Part shown: positions 55,668 to 64,000 of the stretch, piece after piece | Layout of the letters: each line of letters opens with the position of its first letter | Position numbering within the stretch: position 1 is the stretch's first letter | Origin: Frankiaceae bacterium | GTDB lineage: Bacteria > Actinomycetota > Actinomycetes > JADGOV01 | DNA: 64,000 bases | Reading direction: 5' to 3' | NCBI GenBank assembly: GCA_017882785.1 | Contig: JADGOV010000004.1 | Location: 1,521 to 65,520 of the forward strand | Made by a program: the position numbers and the translations under genes | The notes under the pieces: model-generated | Seen by the model: the letters and a program-made list of their open reading frames with translations, nothing else | Database searches by the model: none | Told to the model about the DNA's origin: nothing

Positions 55668-55769
55668 TGGACGAGCACCGCCACGATGCAGGATTCGGCA
55701 GGCAGAATTCGAGCAGCCTGAATTCCAGCAGCGTAGTGCGATGAACCCGGCGACGGCCCAGCGGTGGAG

Positions 55770-58700
55770 TCATCGGCCGGCGCTGCCGGAACTGGAATGC
55801 CAGAGCTTGCGCGAAGTGCCGCCGCTCGCCGGCTGCCCACCCGCCGACCTGGCTCCCACCTGCGCACCGCCCACCGGGACGGGGGCCGGCACGGGTCGGG
55901 TGGACCGGCTCTCGGCTGCCCCGCGCACAGCAGCCTCGAGCACCGCTGTCGTCCGCCCGGGCGGACGGGCCAGGATTCTCGCCACCGCGGGCAGGCCACC
56001 GTCGACCCAGCTGGCACACAGGGTAGGCAGCTCCCAACAGCCGGTTGCCCGGATCGAGATGCCGCGCGGTCCGGTGCGGCGGGTAATTCCGCGCAGCACC
56101 AGCAACCAGGAGTTGAACAGCGTGCTCGCGTACCCCACCTGGGCGTCTTCGAAGAACGTCGCGTCCAACGCCCCGGTCGCGTCGTCGAGGGTGACGAAGA
56201 CCACCCGGCGGCCCGAACGCACCGGTGGGGTCTGGGTCGCCACCTTCACCCCCGCGACGAGTACCTCCGACCGGGTCCGGCGGCAGAGCAGATCGCGTGC
56301 CCGGGTGACACCGAGGGCGTCCATGAACGGGACGTACCCGGCGAGCACGTGCTGGCTGGCGTCGAGGCCCAGCACGTCGAGTTCGGCCCGCACGCGCTCG
56401 GCGCCGTTCATTTCCGGCAGCCCGCTCGGCGCCACCACCCCCGGTGCGTCCCCGAGGTCGAGGGTGAGCTGGACGGCGAGGTCGGCCGGGGCCGGTGCGG
56501 CCGCCTGAGATTGCCGGGCCGCCAACTCCCGGACGGTGAGCGCGCCGGCCGCAGCCGTGATGCCGTCCGTGGCGCCCGGACCGGACGGCAGAACCGCGGC
56601 CGGACGGTGACGGCCGCGGACGGACCGCGCAGCCCTGGCGGTCGACCGACTCCAGCTGTCCAGTTCGACGACCTGGAGCAGGAGATCTCGGCGGGTCACC
56701 CGCCCCCGGCGACGTACGATCAGCGCCGAGCCAATGCCGTACAGATCGTCGAAGGCGCCAGCCACCACCAGCCGCTCGGCGATCGGCCGGGACACCCCGG
56801 CCCGGTGCCAGAAGTCGGAAAGTGACGCGTAGGGCCGGCCTGCGACGGTCCGGGCCATCTCGGCCTCCGTGATGCCCTTGACGTCGGCCAGGCTGAGTCG
56901 GATGCCGTAGTCCCGACCGTCGGGTAGTCCCGGCGGCGGTGCGGACCGCGGCTGGGCGTCGAGGATCTCCGGCGGTGGCTCGTCGTAGCGGCCTACCCGT
57001 TCGATGCGGTACTGCCCGTCGGAGCGGTTGACATCCAGGCCGAGCACGGCGATACCGAGCTGGCGGGCGTCGTCGAGAATGAGCCGCTTGGGGTACATGC
57101 CGGGGTCATGGGTCAGCACACCGGCCAAGAATGCCGCCGGATGGTGTGCCTTGAGCCAGGCCGACTGGTAGGTAGGCACGGCGAACGCCGCCGCGTGCGC
57201 CTTGCAGAAACCGAACGATCCGAAGCCCTTGAGAACCTCCCAGACCTGTTCGACGGTGGCGAGCGGATAGCCGTGGTCGAGCGCGGCGGGCAGGAACCAG
57301 GTCCTGACCTCTGGCTGGCCGAGTGGATCACCGAGCGCGCGCCGGACCTCGTCGGCCTCGGCGAGGGAGCACCCGGTGAACGTGGCGACGATGCACAGCA
57401 CCTGCTCGTGGAAGACGACGACGCCGCGGGTCTCCGCGAGCACTGGCTCCAGATCCGGATGGAGGTAGCTGGGCTGCCGCCAGCCCTGCCGGGCTTCGAG
57501 GAACGGGGTAACCATGTCGGTTTTGACCGGCCCCGGCCGGAACAGCGAGATGTCGATGATCAAATCGGCGAACGTCTCCGGCGCGAACTTCCCGATCAAT
57601 TCACGCTGGCCGGGCGATTCGATCTGGAAACAACCGAGTGTCTTGGTGGACTGCACCAGCGCGTAGGTAGCCGGATCATCACGCGGCACCGCGTCGATGT
57701 CGATCTCGACCCCGTCGACCCGACGCGCCTCGCCCACGGCGTGCGCGATGGCGGACTGCATGCGGATACCGAGCAGGTCGAGCTTGAGCAATCCCAGCGC
57801 CTCGACGTCGTCCTTGTCGAACTGGCTCATCGGAAACCCCAGCCAGCTCGACTCGACCGGGGTGCGATCGAGCAACGTGGCGTCGGAGAGCACCACTCCG
57901 CATGGGTGCAGCGCGATGTGCCGGGGCAGGCCGTCGAGGCGCTCCACCAGTCGGAACAGCAGATCCAGCCGACCACCGCGGCCGTCCGGGTCGGCCAAAC
58001 CGCTGGCCCGCAGCTCCGGCAGATCACGCAGCGCCGCCCGTACCTGGCTGGCCCGCAGATGCGGGAACGCCTTGGCGATCGTGTCGATCTCCCCCGGTGG
58101 CAGGCCGAGGGCAGCCCCGACGTCGCGGATCGCGTGCCGGACGCGGTAGGTGTCCATCATCGACACGCACGCGCAACGCTCGGCGCCGAAGCGGGCGAGC
58201 ACCGCCTCGTAGACCTCGGTCCGCCGGGCGGACTCGACGTCGATGTCGATATCAGGCAGTTGGTGACGCAGCGGTGAGAGAAAGCGCTCCATCAGCAGCC
58301 CGTGCTGCAGCGGGTCGACGTCGGAGACCCCGAGCAGGTAGGTGACCAGGCTGCCGGCACCGGACCCGCGGGCGGCGCAACGCACCCTCATACCCTTGAT
58401 GATCTCCACCACGTCGCCGACGGTGAGGAAGTACGACGCGTAGCCCAGCTTGGCGATCACTGTCAGTTCCTCGTCCAGCCGGCGCTCGGCCTCAGCGGTG
58501 GCCGGCCGGCCGCGCCGCCCGTACCCGGCCGTACAGCGGGCCCGGAGCACCGCGTCCGCCGCTCCGGCACTGCCCAGACCGGCACTGCCCAGACCGGCAC
58601 TGCCCAGACCGGTGCCCAACTCGGGGAAGTGCACCTCGCCGAGACCCAGGCCGCCGGCGCCGGGAACCAGCGCGCACTGCTCGGCGACGAGTCGGGTACG

Positions 58701-59588
58701 GACGAGCAGGTCCGCACCGGTGCGCCCGCTTCCACCGACCAACCGGGTCAGCTCGTCAGCGACCTCGGCCATCTCCTTCCCCGACTTCAGGTAGCCCTCG
58801 GCGTTGTCGCGGTCGACGTGCCGGGAATTGAGGACGACGAGCCGCCTGGCGGCGTCGAGGACATCGGCCACCGGTGCGTCCGCCCGGTCGACGTACCGGA
58901 CGGCATTGGTGAGCACCGCCGGCACCCGCTGCTCGGTGGCGAAGGCGAGCAGCCTGGCCGCACGATGTCCGGCACCGGGGCCCCGGTGGTGGACGATCTC
59001 GACGAGCAGGTCGTCGGTGCCGACCGCGTCCCGCCAGCGGTCCAGGTGCCGGCGTGCGAGATCCGGTCGGCGGGTGGCCAGTGCGCGGCCGACGTCGGAG
59101 TCGGGTCCGAGCAGCACGAACAACCGTCGGGCATGCGCGGTGACCAAGTCGACGCTGCTCACCGGCCGGCCACGCTCGCCGGCAAGATGAGTGGCACTGA
59201 TGAGTCGGCACAGCGCGCCCCAACCCTCGATGTCCCGAGCCAGCACCGTGATCCGCGGGTGCCCAGGGTCGACGTAGGCCCCGCCGCGGGCCGGCACCCG
59301 GCGCACCCCCCGGCCACCAGCCGCCCGGTCCGACCTCCGGTGACCGGGGTCGGTGACGTCGACCGGAACCTCGTCGACGGCGAGGTCGACTCCGAGGATC
59401 GGCCGCACCCCAGCCGATTGGCAGGCCTGGATGAACCTCACCGCACCATAGGCACCGTCCCGATCGGTCAGCGCGAGCGCCTCCTGGCCGTGCTCGGCGG
59501 CCCGCTCGACGAGCGCATGCGGGTGCGTCGCGCCGTAGCGCATCGAGTAGCCGGACGCCACGTGCAGGTGGGTGAATGGATCACTCAC
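55770..59588 (-). CDS. dnaE2: error-prone DNA polymerase DnaE2
   Basis: Degenerate PHP (HLHVASGYS, TDRD), RGSGAGS, PDIDIDVE, QFDKDD, GFCKAHA; ends KLWHSSSGSAG. Confidence 0.93.
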   Translation of the reverse strand: MSDPFTHLHVASGYSMRYGATHPHALVERAAEHGQEALALTDRDGAYGAVRFIQACQSAGVRPILGVDLAVDEVPVDVTDPGHRRSDRAAGGRGVRRVPARGGAYVDPGHPRITVLARDIEGWGALCRLISATHLAGERGRPVSSVDLVTAHARRLFVLLGPDSDVGRALATRRPDLARRHLDRWRDAVGTDDLLVEIVHHRGPGAGHRAARLLAFATEQRVPAVLTNAVRYVDRADAPVADVLDAARRLVVLNSRHVDRDNAEGYLKSGKEMAEVADELTRLVGGSGRTGADLLVRTRLVAEQCALVPGAGGLGLGEVHFPELGTGLGSAGLGSAGLGSAGAADAVLRARCTAGYGRRGRPATAEAERRLDEELTVIAKLGYASYFLTVGDVVEIIKGMRVRCAARGSGAGSLVTYLLGVSDVDPLQHGLLMERFLSPLRHQLPDIDIDVESARRTEVYEAVLARFGAERCACVSMMDTYRVRHAIRDVGAALGLPPGEIDTIAKAFPHLRASQVRAALRDLPELRASGLADPDGRGGRLDLLFRLVERLDGLPRHIALHPCGVVLSDATLLDRTPVESSWLGFPMSQFDKDDVEALGLLKLDLLGIRMQSAIAHAVGEARRVDGVEIDIDAVPRDDPATYALVQSTKTLGCFQIESPGQRELIGKFAPETFADLIIDISLFRPGPVKTDMVTPFLEARQGWRQPSYLHPDLEPVLAETRGVVVFHEQVLCIVATFTGCSLAEADEVRRALGDPLGQPEVRTWFLPAALDHGYPLATVEQVWEVLKGFGSFGFCKAHAAAFAVPTYQSAWLKAHHPAAFLAGVLTHDPGMYPKRLILDDARQLGIAVLGLDVNRSDGQYRIERVGRYDEPPPEILDAQPRSAPPPGLPDGRDYGIRLSLADVKGITEAEMARTVAGRPYASLSDFWHRAGVSRPIAERLVVAGAFDDLYGIGSALIVRRRGRVTRRDLLLQVVELDSWSRSTARAARSVRGRHRPAAVLPSGPGATDGITAAAGALTVRELAARQSQAAAPAPADLAVQLTLDLGDAPGVVAPSGLPEMNGAERVRAELDVLGLDASQHVLAGYVPFMDALGVTRARDLLCRRTRSEVLVAGVKVATQTPPVRSGRRVVFVTLDDATGALDATFFEDAQVGYASTLFNSWLLVLRGITRRTGPRGISIRATGCWELPTLCASWVDGGLPAVARILARPPGRTTAVLEAAVRGAAESRSTRPVPAPVPVGGAQVGARSAGGQPASGGTSRKLWHSSSGSAGR
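58564..58612. repeat. 15-bp in-frame repeat x3 in dnaE2 (LGSAG)
   Basis: ccggcactgcccaga x3. Confidence 0.9.
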
Positions 59589-60109
59589 CCGGACGCCACT
59601 GCGCGTACCGGAAGCAACGGCTGGTGAACATGGCCGAGGAATTCCTCGACCAGGCCGAGAAAGGTCTGTGCATCCCGGAGCAGGTCATCTGCGTCCCGCC
59701 GGGTGACCGCCCCCACCAACCCGGCCTCCGCGGCGGCCCGCTTGCCGGCCCCCGCCGCGAAGAAGGCCGCCCACTCGGTCAACGGTGGCAGCACCACCGG
59801 CAACAACGCCCAGACACTTCTCGGTCCGCGTCGCCGCCCACCAGCGTCGTCCGGCCGCGCCCGGGCGGCGAGGACTGCGGCGGCAGCCCGCAGCGCTGCC
59901 AGGTGAGCGGCGGCGTACCGCTCGGCGGCGGTCTCCGTCGCAGCCGCTTCGGTGAGCCCGCGACGGGCAAGACCGAGAAGATCGTCAGCGGCGGCTGCGC
60001 TGCGCCGCGACGGACCCGGCACGGTCGGACCAGCGGGGCTTCGCCCGGTAAGAACTGACCGCCGATCGACACCGGATGCCCGGGACGAGGCGGGAGGGGA
60101 GACGGACAT
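59585..60109 (-). CDS. SAV_6107-family HEPN-domain protein
   Basis: ERYAAAHLAALRAAAAVLA, SVWALL, EWAAFFA, RAAAEAG, DADDLLR; GTGA overlap with dnaE2. Confidence 0.85.
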   Translation of the reverse strand: MSVSPPASSRASGVDRRSVLTGRSPAGPTVPGPSRRSAAAADDLLGLARRGLTEAAATETAAERYAAAHLAALRAAAAVLAARARPDDAGGRRRGPRSVWALLPVVLPPLTEWAAFFAAGAGKRAAAEAGLVGAVTRRDADDLLRDAQTFLGLVEEFLGHVHQPLLPVRAVASG

Positions 60110-60118
60110 CGCAGGCGC

Positions 60119-60577
60119 TCAATCCAGGACGCGGGTGATGGTCCAGGTCCCCGCGCTCCAGTCGAAGCAGAGGTCATAGACCCCCGTGTCGGCCGCCCGA
60201 CCGGCGCCTGCCTCCACCCGCCAGCACTCCCGCTCACCGTCGTCGACCGCGATGCTGCCGACGGATGCTCCGATGTCGGGCGCCGGCTCCCCCCAGGCCC
60301 GCTGCCCCCATTTCGGCGCAGCCGGAATCGGTGTCAGTCGCAGATCATCTGACCCTGACTCTGGCCCTGGCCCGGCCGATGACCCGGCCGATCCGAGCCC
60401 CGAAGCCTCCTCAACGCCGAAGAGCGGCCGGGCCGCCGCACTGCGCCACCAACCGCCGGACTCCACCCAGCAGGTGAGGACCGCTCGGACCACATAGAGC
60501 CGTCCACGCCACAGGAACTGCTCGGGGGCCTCGTCCCTCCGGCGAACCTCGATGGTCTCTCCACACCGCCGCGACAT
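60119..60577 (-). CDS. DUF6504-family protein
   Basis: PEQFLWRGRLYVV...W...WW...ECWRVEA...GVYDL...W...RVLD. Confidence 0.82.
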   Translation of the reverse strand: MSRRCGETIEVRRRDEAPEQFLWRGRLYVVRAVLTCWVESGGWWRSAAARPLFGVEEASGLGSAGSSAGPGPESGSDDLRLTPIPAAPKWGQRAWGEPAPDIGASVGSIAVDDGERECWRVEAGAGRAADTGVYDLCFDWSAGTWTITRVLD

Positions 60578-60742
60578 TTCACCCGCTCCTTCCGCCCAGC
60601 CAGCAAGATCATCAGATCGGCACCGGGGGAAGGCGGCGCGACGGCGCCGGCGGAGAGATGCTTCCCCACACCTCTCCACCGGCCCGCCGGGATGCGATGC
60701 TGACCGGTGGGTCGAGAACCGGCCTGCACCTACATTCCATCA

Positions 60743-60758
60743 TCGAACGTATGTTCGA
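60743..60758. promoter_or_regulatory. LexA (SOS) box
   Basis: TCGAAC-GTAT-GTTCGA matches the actinobacterial consensus TCGAAC-N4-GTTCGA. Confidence 0.92.
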
Positions 60759-60767
60759 AGATGGACT

Positions 60768-60797
60768 AAGTTAACTCCGGTCCGGCCGTTCGGTCAA
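60768..60797 (-). promoter_or_regulatory. housekeeping-sigma-type promoter of the SOS cassette
   Basis: TTGACC-N18-TAACTT, 9 nt upstream of the LexA box. Confidence 0.65.
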
Positions 60798-60827
60798 GGG
60801 TGAACGGCGCCGGTCCCCCACCGGTTA

Positions 60828-60921
60828 CGCCGATCATGCTCGAAGGTGCGTTGACCTCGCCGATCATGCTCGAAGGTACGTTCGGGATCGACTCGAGGCG
60901 TACGAACGAGCATGATCGGCG
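60828..60921. repeat. 64-bp palindromic element, copy 3 (60858-60921), with an extra tandem left arm
   Basis: CGCCGATCATGCTCGAAGGT at 60828 and 60858; CGAGCATGATCGGCG at 60907-60921. Confidence 0.9.
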
Positions 60922-61004
60922 CGGGGGCGGGCGCGGGGGGAGCCGGGGAGCCGGGGAGCCAGGTAAAGCGCGGCAAGTGCCCGGAGCGCGTAGCCTCGGA
61001 TCCC

Positions 61005-61493
61005 GTGCACCGCAACGCCCGCCGCGTCCAGCAGGCCCTCGACGAGGCGCAGGCCCGGGTCGCCGTCGTGGAGCTCGACGACACAGCCCGGACCGCCGTC
61101 GACGCGGCGGCAGCCCTCGGTTGCCCGGTCGGGGCCATCGTCAAATCGCTCGTGTTCACCGCCGACGGCGAGCCACTGCTGGTTCTGGCTAGTGGCGCCC
61201 ACCAGGTCGACACCTCCCGAGTGGCGACCCTCGTCGGGGCCGCCTCAGTCCGGCGAGCGCCCGCGGATCTCGTCCGGACAGCGACCGGCTTCCCGATCGG
61301 CGGCGTGGCGCCGCTGGGTCACCCACGCCCGCTGCACACGCTCGTCGACGTCGCGCTGGCCGACTACGAGCGGATCTGGGCCGCCGCCGGCACTCCGCAC
61401 ACGGTGTTTCCCACCACGTACGCCGACTTGCTCCGCCTCACCATCGGCACCCCCGCCCAGGTCGCCGCCGCGCCGCCGGACCCTCACCCGTGA
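61005..61493 (+). CDS. YbaK/EbsC aminoacyl-tRNA deacylase-family protein
   Basis: AIVKSLVF, TGFPIGGVAPLGH, WAAAGTP. Confidence 0.92.
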   Translation: MHRNARRVQQALDEAQARVAVVELDDTARTAVDAAAALGCPVGAIVKSLVFTADGEPLLVLASGAHQVDTSRVATLVGAASVRRAPADLVRTATGFPIGGVAPLGHPRPLHTLVDVALADYERIWAAAGTPHTVFPTTYADLLRLTIGTPAQVAAAPPDPHP

Positions 61494-62179
61494 TCGTCGC
61501 GTTGCACGTGTGGCAGGTGGCGGCGAAGGGGGTTCCGGCAGCGCTTGTCAGGGTGGCTGGTACGCACGTGAGACTGCGTCACACCGCCCGCCTCCGCTTC
61601 GGGAAAATGCTCGGTACGGGCAACGGCCAGACCTTCACCGCCAGGGACGCCACCCCCCGCCGGTGGGCGCTGCTCACCGTGTGGGACGACACGCTGGACA
61701 CCGCCGCATTCGAGAGGTCGGGCACAATCCGCCGCTGGGATGCCGCAGCGGAGGAACGCTGGCGCGGGTTGCTCACGCCCGTCGCGGTTCGCGGCCGCTG
61801 GTCCCGGCGAGCCCCTTTCGGCGACCCACAACCGAGCCAACACGAGGGTCCGGTCGCGGCAGTGACCCGAGCAAGGATCGCCCCGCACAAACTGGCCACG
61901 TTCTGGCGCGCGGTGCCACCGGTCTCCACCGACCTCCACCATTCCCCTGGCCTGCTCCTCGCCATGGGCATCGGCGAGGCGCCGATCGGCCTGCAGGGCA
62001 CCTTCAGCCTGTGGCGCTCCGGGGTCGATCTCAACGACTTCGCGCACCGCCGCGCCCCGCATGTCGAGGCCATCCGGCGCACCGCCACCGAGGGCTGGTA
62101 CGTGGAGGAGTTGTTCGCCCGCTTCGCCGTGGTGGAGGCAACCGGCAGCATTCAGGGCCGGGACCCGTTGACCGAGTAA
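61490..62179 (+). CDS. spheroidene monooxygenase (CrtA)-like protein
   Basis: FGKMLGTG, FWRAVP, GIGEAPIGLQGTFSLW, H..AIR, WYVEELFARF. Confidence 0.75.
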   Translation: MIVALHVWQVAAKGVPAALVRVAGTHVRLRHTARLRFGKMLGTGNGQTFTARDATPRRWALLTVWDDTLDTAAFERSGTIRRWDAAAEERWRGLLTPVAVRGRWSRRAPFGDPQPSQHEGPVAAVTRARIAPHKLATFWRAVPPVSTDLHHSPGLLLAMGIGEAPIGLQGTFSLWRSGVDLNDFAHRRAPHVEAIRRTATEGWYVEELFARFAVVEATGSIQGRDPLTE

Positions 62180-62231
62180 CCGCCGCCGTGGCCGTCTCGT
62201 GCCCCGCGGGCGGCTACCCGGCCCACTGCTC

Positions 62232-63038
62232 TCAGCCGGGCCTGCCTGCTGTCAGGCTCGCGTAGGCGACGTGGCCGAAGAACGCATTCTCATCGACTCG
62301 AACGCGCGCCTCAGCCTTGAGCGCGTCGGCAAGAGGTGCCCGGATCATGCCGCTCGCCCGCAGCGCGTCCGCTCCCCGATCGACGATGCTCAGTAAGTAC
62401 TCCGGCTCCTCGATCTGCACGTACCCGTGACTCCGGACCTGTTGCCCGACGAAACCGGCGTGGACGGTGAGTCTCGACAGCCGCCGTACGATCCACGGAT
62501 CGTGGACGTAGCCCTCCTGGAACGCGGAAACACAGGCCTGCAACGGATCACCGGCACCGGCCGCCACTGTGACCGTCGAGTAGTCGCCGTCGAAGACCGC
62601 CAGGCGACCACCGGGACACAGCAGGCGGAACGCCTCGGCGAGCACCCGATCGGGTCCGGGGACGTGCGACAACACCCGATGCAGCACGACCGCATCGAAC
62701 ACACCGTCCACAATGGGCACCGCGCGGCCGTCGGCCACCTGGAAAGTCAGGTTTGGGAACCCCTCGCTCAGCTCGCGGGCTCTCGCCACCAGACCGGGCG
62801 AGGGATCGAGACCGAGAACCCCGGCCACGCCCGGCCACCGAGCTAGCACCCGACTGATAACCCCGGTGCCGCAGCCGATCTCCAGAACCCGCGAATCCTT
62901 GCGCATGTCCAAGTCGGCCAGGTAGAGGTCGATCATGGCTCGCAACTGGGGATCGGCCGCGTTCTGTTCCAGCACGCGAGCAACCTGGTCGACGATCGCA
63001 TCGTCGACCTCGGTGATAACCGCATAAACGTCCAGCAT
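62232..63038 (-). CDS. class I SAM-dependent methyltransferase
   Basis: VLEIGCGTG, GLDPS, VADG, FDAVV, LLCPGG. Confidence 0.9.
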   Translation of the reverse strand: MLDVYAVITEVDDAIVDQVARVLEQNAADPQLRAMIDLYLADLDMRKDSRVLEIGCGTGVISRVLARWPGVAGVLGLDPSPGLVARARELSEGFPNLTFQVADGRAVPIVDGVFDAVVLHRVLSHVPGPDRVLAEAFRLLCPGGRLAVFDGDYSTVTVAAGAGDPLQACVSAFQEGYVHDPWIVRRLSRLTVHAGFVGQQVRSHGYVQIEEPEYLLSIVDRGADALRASGMIRAPLADALKAEARVRVDENAFFGHVAYASLTAGRPG

Positions 63039-63433
63039 GGCTAATCCGCTGGCCATCCAACCATAGGGTCCGCCGGCCGTGAACGATCGACGCCGCAGTT
63101 GTAGCGAGGTCTTCGAGAACGTACGTTGACGCCCGCGAGCCGCAGCCACCGCCGGCGAGCAGAGGCAACAGCCACGAGAGCAGGGGTGCCTTCGTCGATT
63201 CCGGGCCACGGAGGCAATCGCGCGGCCGTCGGTGCCGGCAGAAAAGGACACTCAGTACGATCCCGCTCGGAAGCAGTTCCGGGCCGTTGACACTCGCCGC
63301 AACCGGGACCAATCATGGCGCTGTCAGCGTGGTCGGGTGCCCGCGTGTTGGTCACCTCGGCAGCCGAGGCACGTTCCGCCGAACTCGGCGACCGCTTCGC
63401 TTTCTACCATTCCACCCAGACCAGGAGGATGCG

Positions 63434-64000
63434 ATGGACCGGACCCTCGACAAGGGTGGCTTGTGGGACCTGTTCAAGCGGCGGGCCGTGATAGCCACCG
63501 ACTTGCCACCGGGGCCTACCCGGGACATTGCCTACCAGGTGAACGAAGCTGAAGGGCGCGGTGACGCGACCCTGCGGACGAAGGCTGAGTACTCCGCACT
63601 GTTCGACGCCTTGTTGCGTGCTGAGTCCGCCACAGCGGGCGGCGTGCTGACCTTGCGGGACAATGGCCAGCTCACCAATGCCGGGCAGGCGATCGAGGAC
63701 TACCTCAAGGTCGCGGTCGACACCGACGAGTTCTTCGACCACCCGATGTACGCGGTGCACGTCACCGGTTGGCCGGCGAATGCCATGCAACCCGAGCAAC
63801 CGGTGGACGCCCCCGCCGGGGCCCGCCTCGAGGTGTGGCGGATCGACCCTGCCGACGCCCAGCCGAACCCTGCGCCAGGCGCCGAGGGTGTGTTGTTCAG
63901 TTCACCGACGTTCTCCTTGGTGAACAGCGGCAACCGGACCCTGCGCGTGCCGAAGCGGTCCTGGAAGGTCAACCTCGAGGCGCACGGCGCCGACGGCCGC
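63434..64000 (+). CDS. CotH-kinase-like protein (5' part; runs off the window)
   Basis: AGGAGG RBS; frame open to the window end; NSGNRTLRVPKRSWKVNL resembles the CotH RGxxS/T...PKKSWK motif. Confidence 0.6.
   Translation, partial: MDRTLDKGGLWDLFKRRAVIATDLPPGPTRDIAYQVNEAEGRGDATLRTKAEYSALFDALLRAESATAGGVLTLRDNGQLTNAGQAIEDYLKVAVDTDEFFDHPMYAVHVTGWPANAMQPEQPVDAPAGARLEVWRIDPADAQPNPAPGAEGVLFSSPTFSLVNSGNRTLRVPKRSWKVNLEAHGADGR

Noticed and set aside
55649..56017. 122-aa ORF overlapping the dnaE2 3' end
   Set aside because: Mostly an alternative frame of dnaE2 with no motif; only its final MTAFP codons matter, and they are covered under the dinB repeat.

Overview
High-GC actinobacterial (Actinomycetota) chromosomal segment with no rRNA, tRNA, CRISPR array or transposase recognisable by eye. 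The core content is: the 5' part of the his operon (hisD-hisC-hisB-small ORF-hisH), dnaE1-rluA-lspA, a type-2 ileS with a GTHH signature, the dcw cluster (mraZ to ftsZ, then pgeF-yggS-sepF-yggT) with its MraZ boxes and mraW RNA hairpin, and a MoxR-DUF58-transglutaminase triad. Two accessory systems stand out. (1) At the position where divIVA normally follows yggT there is a ~9.6 kb block. It holds a tightly coupled operon (soluble PAS histidine kinase > double-receiver/PIG-L de-N-acetylase fusion > ATP-grasp ligase > PHP hydrolase > PgaC/IcaA-like GT2 synthase > 49-aa membrane peptide) plus a GT4 and a lipoprotein. The operon and the lipoprotein gene each sit behind a copy of one duplicated sigma28-like promoter segment. 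This looks like a phosphorylation-gated glycan synthesis/tailoring system. (2) A LexA-boxed DUF6504-HEPN(SAV_6107)-dnaE2-dinB cassette has no imuA/imuB, and DUF6504 resembles a free-standing ImuB C-terminal domain. There is also a dispersed 64-bp palindromic repeat family. All family assignments come from motif recognition by eye; no searches were run.
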